DNA from: the human T2T-CHM13v2.0 reference genome, Homo sapiens
Assembly (NCBI RefSeq): GCF_009914755.1
Contig: NC_060937.1
Strand: one strand, 5' to 3'
DNA length: 64,000 nt
Both the position numbers and the translations under genes were made by a program. Below the pieces are notes generated by a model that was given only the letters and a program-made list of their open reading frames with translations, had not been told where the DNA came from and ran no database searches. Below, in pieces: positions 1 to 14,084 of this stretch; the first letter of the stretch is position 1; every line of letters starts with the position of its first letter.

Positions 1-3000
1 ATTATATACTGTACATAAAATATGAATGTACATCAAATATATATTTTATTCTGTACATAAAATATGAAAGTACACCAGATATATATTCTATAGTGTACAT
101 AAAATATCAAAGTACCCAAACTATACATTATATACTGTACATAAAATATGAAATTACATCAAATATATATTATATTAGGTACATAAAATATGAAAGTACA
201 TCAAATATAGATTATACACTGTACATTAAATATCAAAGTACGCCAAATATATATTATATACTCTACATGAAATATCAAAGTTCACAAACTATATATTATA
301 TACTGTACATAAAATATCAAAGTACCCAAGGTATATATTCTATACTGTACAAAAAGTATCAAAGTACCCAAAGCATGTATTATATACTGTATATAAAATA
401 TGAATGTACATCAAATATATATTTTATTCTGTACAGAAAATATCAAAGTACACCAGATATATATTCTATAGTGTACATAAAATAACAAAATACACAAACT
501 ATAAATTATATACTGTACATAAAATATGAAATTACATCAAATATATATTAGGTACATAAAATATGAAAGTACATCAAATATAGATTCTATACTGTACATA
601 TAATATCAATGTACCCTAAATATATATTTTATACTCTACATGAAATATCAAAGTTCACAAACCATATATTATATACTGTACATAAAATGTCAAAGTACCC
701 AAGGTATATATTCTATACTGTACAAATAATATCAAAGTACCAAAAGCATGTATTATATACTGTACATAAAATATGAAATTACATCAAATATATATTTTAT
801 TCTGTACATAAAATATCAAAGTACACCAGATATATAATCTATAGTGTACATAAAATATCAAAGTTCCCAAACTATACATTATATAATGTACATAAAATAT
901 GAAATTACATCAAATATATATTAGGTACATAAAATATGAAAGTACATCAAATATAGATTATATACTGTACATAAAATATCAAAGTACCCCAAATATATTT
1001 TATATACTGTAATGAAATATCAAATTTCACAAACTATATATTATATACTGTACATAAAATATCAAAGTACCCAAGGTATATATTCTATACTGTACAAAAA
1101 ATATCAAAGTACCCAAAGCATGTATTATATACTGTAGATAAAATATGAAAGTACATCAAATACGTATTTTATTCTGTACATAGAATATCAAAGTACACCA
1201 GATATATATTCTATAGTGTACATAAAATAACAAAGTACACAAACTATACATTATATACTGTACATAAGATATGAAATTACATCAAATATATATTAGGTAC
1301 ATAAAATATGAAAGTACATCAAATATAGATTATATACTGTACATAAAATATCAATGTACCCCAAATATATATTTTATACTCTACTTGAAATATCAGAGTT
1401 CACAAACCATATATTTTATACTGTACATAAAATATCAAAGTACCCAAGGTATATATTCTATACTGTACAAAAAATGTCAAAGTACCCAAGGCATGTATTA
1501 TATACTGTACATAAAATATGAAAGTACATCAATTATATATTTTATTCTGTACATAAAATATCAAAGTACACCAGATATATATTCTATAGTGTACATAAAA
1601 TATCAAAGTACCCAAACTATACATTATATACTGTACATAAAATATGAAATTACATCAAATATATATTATATTAGGTACATAAAATATGAAAGTACATCAA
1701 ATATAGATTATATACTGTACATTAAATACCCAAGTACCCCAAATATATATTTTATACTGTACATGAAATATCAAAGTTCACAAACCATATATTATATACT
1801 GTACATAAAATATCAAAGTACCCAAGGTATATATTAGATACTGTACAAAAAATATCAAAGTACCCAAAGCATGTATTATAAACTGTACCTAAAATATGAA
1901 ATTACATCAAATATATATTTTATTCTGTACATAAAATATCAAAGTACACCAGATATATATTCTATAGTGTACATAAAATATCAAAGTACCCAAACTACAA
2001 ATTTTATACTTTACATAAAATATGAAATTACATCAAATATATATTAGGTACATAAAATATGAATGTACATCAAATATAGATTATATACTGTACATAAAAT
2101 ATCAAAGTACCCCAAATATATATTATATACTGTACATGAAATATCAAAGTTCACAAACTATATATTATATACTGTACATAAAATGTCAAAGTACCCAGGG
2201 TATATATTGTATACTGTACAAAAAATATCAAAGTACCCAAAGCATGTATTATATACTGTACATAAAATATGAAAGTATATCAAATATGTATTTCATTCTG
2301 TACATAAAATATCAAAGTACACCAGATATATATTCTATAGTGGACATAAAATAACAAAGTACAAAAACTATAAATTATATACTGTACATAAAATATGAAA
2401 TTACATCAAATATATATTAGGTACATAAAATATGAAAGTACATCAAATATAGATTATATACTGTACATAAAATATCAATGTACCCCAAATATATATTTTA
2501 TACTCTAAATGAAATATGAAAGTTCACAAACCATATATTATATACTGTACATAAAATATCAAAGTACCCAAGGTATATATTCTATACTGTAGAAAAAATA
2601 TCAAAGTACCCAAAGCATGTATTATATACTGTACATAAAATATGAAATTACATCAAATATATATTTTATTCTGTACATAAAATATCAAAGTACACCAGAT
2701 ATATATTCTATAGTGTACATAAAATATCAAAGTACCCAAACTACAAATTTTATGCTTTACATAAAATATGAAATTACATCAAATATATATTAGGTACATA
2801 AAATATGAAAGTACATCAAATATAGATTATTTACTGTACATAAAATATCAAAGTACCCCAAATATATATTTTATACTTTACATGAAATATCAAAGTTCAC
2901 AAACTATATATTATATACTGTACATAAAATATCAAAGTACCCAAGGTATATATTCTATACTGTACAAAAAATATCAAAGTACCCAAAGCATGTATTATAT

Positions 3001-3543
3001 ACTGTACATAAAATATGAAAGTACATCAAATATATATTTTATTCTGTACATAAAATATCAATGTACACCAGATATATTTTCTATAGTGTACATAAAATAA
3101 CAAAGTACCCAAACTATACATTATATACTGTACAAAAAATATGAAATTACATCAAATATATATTATATTAGGTACATAAAATATGAAAGTACATCAAATA
3201 TAGATTATATACAGTACATTAAATACCAAAGTACCCCAAATATATATTTTATACTGTACATGAAATATCGAAGTTCACAAACTATATATTATATACTGTA
3301 CATAAAATATCAAAGTTCCCAAGGTATATATTCTATACTGTACAAAAAATATCAAAGTACCCAAAGCATGTATTATATACTGTATATAAAATATGAAAGT
3401 ACATCAAATATATATTTTATTCTGTACATAAAATATCAAAGTATACCAGATATATATTCTATAGTGTACATAAAATATCAAAGTACCCAAACTATACATT
3501 ATATACTGCACATAAAATATGAAATTACATCAAATATATATTA

Positions 3544-3916
3544 GGTACATAAAATATGAAAGTACATCAAATATAGATTATATACAGTACATTAAATACC
3601 AAAGTACCCCAAATATATATTTTATACTCTACATGAAATATCAAAGTTCACAAACTATATATTATATACTGTACATAAAATATCAAAGTACCCAAGGTAT
3701 ATATTCTATACTGTACAAAAAATATCAAAGTACCCAAAGCATGTATTATATACTGTACATAAAATATGAAAGTACATCAAATATATATTTAATTCTGTAC
3801 ATAAAATATCAAAGTACACCAGATATATATTCTAAAGTGTACATAAAATTTCAAAGTACCCAAACTATACATTATATACTGTACATAAAATATGAAATTA
3901 CATCAAATATATATTA
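3544..3916 (+). repeat. Representative 373-bp HOR (5-bp deletion in M1)
   Basis: AGGTAC occurs at 3543 and 3916 (373 bp apart). M1 ends AATATATATTAGG. The frameshift produces the recurrent MKLHQIYIR ORF starts. Confidence 0.95.
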
Positions 3917-4294
3917 GGTACATAAAATATGAAGGTACATCAAATATAGATTATATACTGTACATAAAATATCAAAGTACCCCAAATATATATTATATAC
4001 TGTACATGAAATATCAAAGTTCACAAACTATATATTATATACTGTACATAAAATATCAAAGTACCCAAGGTATATATTCTATACTGTACAAAAAATATCA
4101 AAGTACCCAAAGCATGTATTATATACTGTACATAAAATATGAAAGTACATCAAATATATATTTTATTCTGTACATAAAATATCAAAGTACACCAGATATA
4201 TATTCTATAGTGCACATAAAATATCAAAGTACCCAAACTATACATTATATACTGTACATAAAATATGAAATTACATCAAATATATATTATATTA
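3917..4294 (+). repeat. Representative full-length 378-bp 9-mer HOR (M2..M9,M1)
   Basis: The landmark AGGTAC occurs at 3916 and 4294 (378 bp apart). M1 ends AATATATATTATATTAGG. Confidence 0.95.
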
Positions 4295-5043
4295 GGTACA
4301 TAAAATATGAAAGTACATCAAATATAGATTATATACAGTACATTAAATACCAAACTACCCCAAATACATATTTTATACTGTACATGAAATATCAAAGTTC
4401 ACAAACTATATAGTATATACTGTACATAAAATATCAAAGTACCCAAGGTATATATTCTATACTGTACAAAAAATATCAAAGTACCCAAAGCATGTATTAT
4501 ATACTGTATATAAAATATGAAAGTACATCAAATATATATTTTATTCTGTACATAAAATATCAAAGTATACCAGATATATATTCTATAGTGTACATAAAAT
4601 ATCAAAGTACCCAAACTATACATTATATACTGTACATAAAATATGAAATTACATCAAAGATATATTAGGTACATAAAATATGAAAGTACATCAAATATAG
4701 ATTATATACTGTACATAAAATATCAAAGTACCCGAAATATATAATATACTGTACATGAAATATCAAAGTTCACAAACTATATATTATATACTGTACATAA
4801 AATATCAAAGTACCCAAGGTATATATTCTATACTGTACAAAAAATATCAAAGTACCCAAAGCATGTATTATATACTGTACATAATATATGAAAGTACATC
4901 AAATATATATTTTATTCTGTACATAAAATATCAAAGCACACCAGATATATATTCTATAGTGTACATAAAATAACAAAGTACACAAACTATACATTATATA
5001 CTGTAAATAAAATATGAAATTACATCAAATATATTTTATATTA

Positions 5044-5211
5044 GGTACATAAAATATGAAAGTACATCAAATATATATTTTATTCTGTACATAAAATATC
5101 AAAGTACACCAGATATATATTCTATAGTGTACATAAAATATCAAAGTACCCAAACTATACATTATATACTGTACATAAAATATGAAATTACATCAAATAT
5201 ATTTTATATTA
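5044..5211 (+). repeat. Truncated 4-mer HOR (168 bp; M2/M7 hybrid-M8-M9-M1)
   Basis: AGGTAC at 5043 and 5211. M1 is followed directly by a monomer with the M7 tail TATATATTTTATTCTG. Confidence 0.9.
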
Positions 5212-8200
5212 GGTACATAAAATATGAAAGTACATCAAATATAGATTATATACTGTATATTAAATACCAAAGTACCCCAAATATATACTTTATACTGTAC
5301 ATGAAATATCAAAATACACTAACTATATATTATCTACTGTACATTAAATATCAAAGTACCCAAGGTATATATTCTATACTGTACAAAAAATAACAAAGTA
5401 CCAAAAGCATGTATCATATACTGTACATAAAATATGAAAGTACATCAAATATATATTTTATTCTGTACATAAAATCTCAAAGTACACCAGATATATATTC
5501 TATAGTGTAGATAAAATATCAAAGTACCCAAACTATAAATTATATACTGTACATAAAATATGAAATTACATCAAATATATATTATATTAGGTACATAAAT
5601 TATGAAAGTAGATCAAATATAGATTATATACTGTACATTAAATATCAAAGTACCCCAAATATATATTTTATACTGTACATGAAATATCAAAGTTCACAAA
5701 CTATATATTATATACTGTACATAAAATATCAAAGTACCCAAGGTATATATTCTATACTGTACAAAAAATATCAAATTACCAAAAGCATGTATTATATACT
5801 GTACATAAAATATGAATGTACATCAAATATATATTTTATTCTGTACATAAAATATGAAAGTACACCAGATATATATTCTATAGTGTACATAAAATATCAA
5901 AGTACCCAAACTATACATTATATACTGTACATAAAATATGAAATTACATCAAATATATATTATATTAGGTACATAAAATATGAAAGTACATCAAATATAG
6001 ATTATACACTGTACATTAAATATCAAACTACGCCAAATATATATTATATACTGTACATGAAATATCAAAGTTCACAAACTATATATTATATACTGTACAT
6101 AAAATATCAAAGTACCCAAGGTATATATTCTATACTGTACAAAAAGTATCAAAGTACCCAAAGCATGTATTATATACTGTATATAAAATATGAATGTACA
6201 TCAAATATATATTTTATTCTGTACAGAAAATATCAAAGTACACCAGATATATATTCTATAGTGTACATAAAATAACAAAATACACAAACTATAAATTATA
6301 TACTGTACATAAAATATGAAATTACATCAAATATATATTAGGTACATAAAATATGAAAGTACATCAAATATAGATTCTATACTGTACATATAATATCAAT
6401 GTACCCTAAATATATATTTTATACTCTACATGAAATATCAAAGTTCACAAACCATATATTATATACTGTACATAAAATGTCAAAGTACCCAAGGTATATA
6501 TTCTATACTGTACAAATAATATCAAAGTACCAAAAGCATGTATTATATACTGTACATAAAATATGAAATTACATCAAATATATATTTTATTCTGTACATA
6601 AAATATCAAAGTACACCAGATATATAATCTATAGTGTACATAAAATATCAAAGTTCCCAAACTATACATTATATAATGTACATAAAATATGAAATTACAT
6701 CAAATATATATTAGGTACATAAAATATGAAAGTACATCAAATATAGATTATATACTGTACATAAAATATCAAAGTACCCCAAATATATTTTATATACTGT
6801 AATGAAATATCAAATTTCACAAACTATATATTATATACTGTACGTAAAATATCAAAGTACCCAAGGTATATATTCTATACTGTACAAAAAATATCAAAGT
6901 ACCCAAAGCATGTATTATATACTGTAGATAAAATATGAAAGTACATCAAATATGTATTTTATTCTGTACATAGAATATCAAAGTACACCAGATATATATT
7001 CTATAGTGTACATAAAATAACAAAGTACACAAACTATACATTATATACTGTACATAAGATATGAAATTACATCAAATATATATTAGGTACATAAAATATG
7101 AAAGTACATCAAATATAGATTATATACTGTACATAAAATATCAATGTACCCCAAATATATATTTTATACTCTACTTGAAATATCAGTGTTCACAAACCAT
7201 ATATTTTATACTGTACATAAAATATCAAAGTACCCAAGGTATATATTCTATACTGTACAAAAAATGTCAAAGTACCCAAGGCATGTATTATATACTGTAC
7301 ATAAAATATGAAAGTACATCAATTATATATTTTATTCTGTACATAAAATATCAAAGTACACCAGATATATATTCTATAGTGTACATAAAATATCAAAGTA
7401 CCCAAACTATACATTATATACTGTACATAAAATATGAAATTACATCAAATATATATTACATTAGGTACATAAAATATGAAAGTATATCAAATATAGATTA
7501 TATACTGTACATTAAATACCCAAGTACCCCAAATATATATTTTATACTGTACATGAAATATCAAAGTTCACAAACCATATATTATATACTGTACATAAAA
7601 TATCAAAGTACCCAAGGTATATATTAGATACTGTACAAAAAATATCAAAGTACCCAAAGCATGTATTATAAACTGTACCTAAAATATGAAATTACATCAA
7701 ATATATATTTTATTCTGTACATAAAATATCAAAGTACACCAGATATATATTCTATAGTGTACATAAAATATCAAAGTACCCAAACTACAAATTTTATACT
7801 TTACATAAAATATGAAATTACATCAAATATATATTAGGTACATAAAATATGAATGTACATCAAATATAGATTATATACTGTACATAAAATATCAAAGTAC
7901 CCCAAATATATATTATATACTGTACATGAAATATCAAAGTTCACAAACTATATATTATATACTGTACATAAAATGTCAAAGTACCCAGGGTATATATTGT
8001 ATACTGTACAAAAAATATCAAAGTACCCAAAGCATGTATTATATACTGTACATAAAATATGAAAGTATATCAAATATGTATTTTATTCTGTACATAAAAT
8101 ATCAAAGTACACCAGATATATATTCTATAGTGTACATAAAATAACAAAGTACAAAAACTATAAATTATATACTGTACATAAAATATGAAATTACATCAAA

Positions 8201-8589
8201 TATATATTAGGTACATAAAATATGAAAGTACATCAAATATAGATTATATACTGTACATTAAATACCAAAGTACCCCAAATATATATTTTATACTGTATAT
8301 GAAATATCAAAGTTCACAAACTATATGTTATATACTGTACATAAAATATCAAAGTACCCGAGGTATATATTCTATACTGTACAAAAAATATCAAAGTACC
8401 CAAAGCATGTATTATATACTGTACATAAAATATGAAAGTACATCAAATATATATTTTATTCTGTACATAAAATATCAAAGTACACCAGATATATATTCTA
8501 TAGTGTATATAAAATATAAAAGTACCCAAACTATACATTATATACTGTACATAAAATATGAAATTACATCAAATATATTTTATATTAGG

Positions 8590-11500
8590 TACATAAAATA
8601 TGAAAGTACATCAAATATAGATTATATACTGTACATAAAATATCAATGTACCCCAAATATATATGTTATACTCTACATGAAATATCAAAGTTCACAAACC
8701 ATATATTATATACTGTACATAAAATATCAAAGTACCCAAGTTATAAATTCTATACTATACAAAAAATATCAAAGTACCCAAAGCATGTATTATATACTGT
8801 ACATAAAATATGAAAGTACATCAAATATATATTTTATTCTTTACATAAAATATCAAAGTACACCAGATATATATTCTATAGTGTACATAAAATATCAAAG
8901 TACCCAAACTATACATTATATACTGTACATAAAATATGAGATTACATCAAATATATATTATATTAGGTACATAAAATATGAAAGTACATCAAATATAGAT
9001 TATATACTGTACATAAAATATCAAAGTACCCCAAATATATATTATATACTTTACATGAAATATCAAAGTTCACAAACTATATATTATATACTGTACATAA
9101 AATATCAAAGTACCCAAGGTATATATTCTATACTGTACAAAAAATATCAAAGTACCCATAGCATGTATTATATACTGTACATAAAATATGAAATTACATC
9201 AAATATATATTTTATTCTGTACATAAAATATCAAAGTACACCAGATATATATTCTATAGTGTACATAAAATTACAAAGTACACAAACTATACATTATATA
9301 CTGTACATAAAATATGAAATTACATCAAATATATATTAGGTACATAAAATATGAAAGTACATCAAATATAGATTATATACTGTACATAAAATATCAAAGT
9401 ACCCCAAATATATATTTTGTACTCTACATGAAATATCAAAGTTCACAAACCATATATTATATAGTGTACATAAAATGTCAAAGTACCCAAGGTATATATT
9501 CTATACTGTACAAAAAATATCAAAGTACCCAAAGCCTGTATTATATACTGTACATAAAATATGAAAGTACATCAAATATATATTTTATTCTGTACATAAA
9601 ATATCAAAGTACACCAGATATATATTCTATAGTGTACATAAAATATCAAAGTACCCAAACTATACATTATATACTGTACATAAAATATGAAATTACATCA
9701 AATATATATTATATTAGGTATATAAAATATGAAAGTACATCAAATATAGATTATATACTGTACATAAAATATCAAAGTACCCCAAATATATATTATATAG
9801 TGTACATGAAATATCAAACTTCACAAACTATATATTATATACTGTACATAAAATAGCAAAGTACCCAAGGTATATATTCTATCCTGTACAAAAAATATCA
9901 AAGTACCCAAAGCATGTATTATATACTGTACATAAAATATGAAATTACATCAAATATATATTTTATTCTGTACATAAAATATCAAAGTACACCAGATATA
10001 TATTCTATAGTGTACATAAAATAACAAAGTACAAAAACTATAAATTATATACTGTACATAAAATATGAAATTACATCAAATATATATTGGTACATAAAAT
10101 ATGAAAGTACATCCAATATAGATTATATACTGTACATAAAATATCAATGTACCACAAATATATATTTTATACTCTACATGAAATATCAAAGTTCACAAAC
10201 CATATATTATATACTGTACATAAAATATCAAAGTACCCAAGGTATATATTCTATACTGTACAAAAAATATCAAAGTACCCAAAGCATGTATTATATACTG
10301 TACATAAAATATGAAAGTACATCAAATATATATTTTATTCTGTACATAAAATATCAAAGTACACCAGATATATATTCTATAGTGTACATAAAATATCAAA
10401 GTACCCAAACTATACATTATATACTGTACATAAAATATGAAATTACATCAAATATATATTATATTAGGTACATAAAATATGAAAGTACATCAAATATAGA
10501 TTATATACTGTACATAAAATATCAAAGTACCCCAAATATATATTATATACTGTATATGAAATATCAAAGTTCACAAACTATATATTATATACTGTACATA
10601 AAATATTAAAGTACCCAAGGTATATATTCTATACTGCACAAAAAAATCAAAGTACCCAAAGCATGTATTATATACTGTATATAAAATATGAAAGTACATC
10701 AAATATATATTTTATTCTGTACAAAAAATATCAAAGTACACCAGATATATATTCTATAGTGTACATAAAATAACAAAGTACAAAAACTATAAAATATATA
10801 CTGTACATAAAATATGAAATTACATCAAATATATATTAAGTACATAAAATATGAAAGTACATCAAATATAGATTATATACTGTACATAAAATATCAATGT
10901 ACCCCAAATATATATGTTATACCGTACATGAAATATCAAAGTTCACCAACCATATATTATATACTGTACATAAAATATCAAAGTACCCAAGTTATAAATT
11001 CTATACTATACAAAAAATATCAAAGTACCCAAAGCATGTATTATATACTGTACATAAAATATGAAAGTACATCTAATATATATTTTATTCTTTACATAAA
11101 ATATCAAAGTACACCAGATATATATTCTATAGTGTACATAAAATATCAAAGTACCCAAACTATACATTATATACTGTACATAAAATATGAGATTACATCA
11201 AATATATATTATATTAGGTACATAAAATATGAAAGTACATCAAATATAGATTATATACTGTACATAAAATATCAAAGTACCCCAAATATATATTATATAC
11301 TCTACATGAAATATCAAAGTTCACAAACTATATATTATATACTGTACATAAAATATCAAAGTACCCAAGGTATATATTCTATACTGTACAAAAAATATCA
11401 AAGTACCCAAAGCATGTATTATATACTGTACATAAAATATGAAATTACGTCAAATATATATTTTATTCTGCACATAAAATATCAAAGTACACCAGATATA

Positions 11501-11834
11501 TATTCTATAGTGTACATAAAATTACAAAGTACACAAACTATACATTATATACTGTACATAAAATATGAAATTACATCAAATATATATTAGGTACATAAAA
11601 TATGAAAGTACATCAAATATAGATTATATACTGTACATAAAATATCAAAGTACCCCAAATATATATTTTGTACTCTACATGAAATATCAAAGTTCACAAA
11701 CCATATATTATATAGTGTACATAAAATATCAAAGTACCCAAGGTATATATTCTATACTGTACAAAAAATATCAAAGTACCCAAAGCCTGTATTATATACT
11801 GTACATAAAATATGAAAGTACATCAAATATATAT
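8590..11834 (+). repeat. 2251-bp offset duplication: ~8590..9583 = ~10841..11834
   Basis: Shared GTTATAAATTCTATACTATAC, ATGAGATTAC, AAAATTACAAAG, TTTTGTACTC and AAAGCCTGTA. ORF pair 9314/11565. Confidence 0.88.
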
Positions 11835-11836
11835 TA
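11590..11836 (+). repeat. Truncated 6-mer HOR (247 bp; M7/M1 hybrid)
   Basis: AGGTAC at 11589 and 11836. GAAAGTACATCAAATATATATTAGG joins the M7 start to the short M1 end. Confidence 0.88.
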
Positions 11837-14084
11837 GGTACATAAAATATGAAGGTACATCAAATATAGATTATATACTGTACATATAATATCAATGTAC
11901 CCCAAATATATATTTTGTACTCTACATGAAATATCAAAGTTCACAAACTACATATTATATACTGTACATAAAATATCAAAGTACCAAAGGTATATATTCT
12001 ATACTGCACAAAAAATATCAAATTACCCAAAACATGTATTATATTCTGTATATAAAATATGAAAGTACATCAAATATATATTTTATTCTGTACATAAAAT
12101 ATCAAAGTACACCGGATATATATTCTATAGTGTACATAAAATAACAAAGTACACAAAGTATAAATTATATAATGTACATAAAATATGAAATTACATCAAA
12201 TATATTTTAGGTACATAAAATATGAAAGTACATCAAATATAGATTATATACTGTACATATAATATCAATGTACCCCAAATATATATTTTGTACTCTACAT
12301 GAAATATCAAAGTTCACAAACCATATATTATATACTGTACATAAAATATCAAAGTACCCAAGGTATATATTCTATACTGTACAAAAAATATCAAAGTACC
12401 CAAAGCATGTATTATAAACTGTACATAAAATATGAAAGTACGTCAAATATATATATTATTCTGTACATAAAATATCAAAGTACACCAGATATATATTCTA
12501 TAGTGTACATAAAATATCAAAGTACCCAAACTATACATTATATACTGTACATAAAATATGAAATTACATCAAATATATATTATATTAGGTACATAAAATA
12601 TGAAAGTACATCAAATATAGATTATATACTGTACATTAAATACCAAAGTACCCCAAATATATATTATATACTCTACTTGAAATATGAAAGTTCACACACT
12701 ATATATTATATACTGTACATAAAATATCAAAGTACCCAAGGTATATATTCTATACTGTACAAAAAATATCAAAGTACCCAAAGCATGTATTATATACTGT
12801 ATATAAAATATGAAAGTACATCAAATATATATTTTATTCTGTACATAAAATATCAAAGTACACCAGATATATATTCTATAGTGTACATAAAATAACAAAG
12901 TACACAAACTATAAATTATATACTGTACATAAAATATGAAATTACATCAAATATATATTAGGTACCTAAAATATGAAAGTACATCAAATGTAGATTATAT
13001 ACTGTACATTAAATACCCAAGTACCCCAAATATATATTTTATACTGTACATGAAATATCAAATTTCACAAACTATATATTATATACTGTACATAAAATAT
13101 CAAAGTACCCAAGGTATATATTCTATACTGTACAAAAAATATCAAAGTACCCAAAGCCTGTATTATAAACTGTACATAAAATATGAAAGTACATAAACTG
13201 TATATTTTATTCTGTACATAAAATATCAAAGTACACCAGATATATATTCTATACTGTACATAAAATATCAAAGTACCCAAACTATACATTATATACTGTA
13301 CATAAAATATGAAATTACATCAAATATATATTATATTAGGTACATAAAATATGAAAGTACATCAAATATAGATTATATACTGTACATTAAATTCCCCAGT
13401 ACCCCAAATATATATTTTATACTGTACATGAAATATCAAAGTTCACAAACTATATATTATATACTGTACATAAAATATCAAAGTACCCAAGGTATATGTT
13501 CTATACTGTACAAAAAATATCAAAGTACCCAAAGCATGTATTATAAACTGTACCTAAAATATGAAATTACATCAAATATATATTTTATTCTGTACATAAA
13601 ATATCAAAGTACACCAGATATATATTCTATAGTGTACATAAAATATCAAAGTACCCAAACTATACATAATATACTGTACATAAAATATGAAATTACATCA
13701 AATATATATTATATTAGGTACATAAAATATGAAAGTACATCAAATATAGAATATATACTGTACATAAAATATCAAAGTACCCCAAATATATATTATATAC
13801 TCTACATGAAATATCAAAGTTCACAAACTATATATTATATACTGTACATAAAATATCAAAGTACCCAAGGTATATATTCTATACTGTACAAAAAATATCA
13901 AAGTACCCAAAGCATGTATTATATACTGTATGTAAAATATGAAAGTACATGAAATATATATTTTATTCTGTACATAAAATATCAATGTACACCAGATATA
14001 TATTCTATAGTGTACATAAAATAACAAAGTACACAAACTATAAATTATATACTGTACATAAAATATGAAATTACATCAAATATA

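Larger units (their letters stand above)
1..8258 (+). repeat. 5790-bp offset duplication: 1..~2468 = 5791..~8258 (first copy runs off the window start)
   Basis: ORF pairs 1271/7061, 2022/7812 and 2063/7853. Shared rare variants include the 1-bp deletion CTGTAATGAAA (~1010/6800) and ATATTAGATA (1831/7621). About 9 mismatches by eye. Confidence 0.92.

Noticed and set aside
500-520. TATAAA / TATA-box-like motifs in M9 variants as promoters
   Set aside because: Expected by chance at this AT content, with no other promoter context.
8185-9339. 384-aa Tyr/Ile/Lys-rich ORF and the many similar ORFs (e.g. 57573..58547, 43666..44532)
   Set aside because: These are a by-product of a 42-bp (14-codon) repeat with one stop-poor frame. 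Stops and frameshifts (5-bp deletion, TAA in M9) are frequent, and there is no domain or gene structure.
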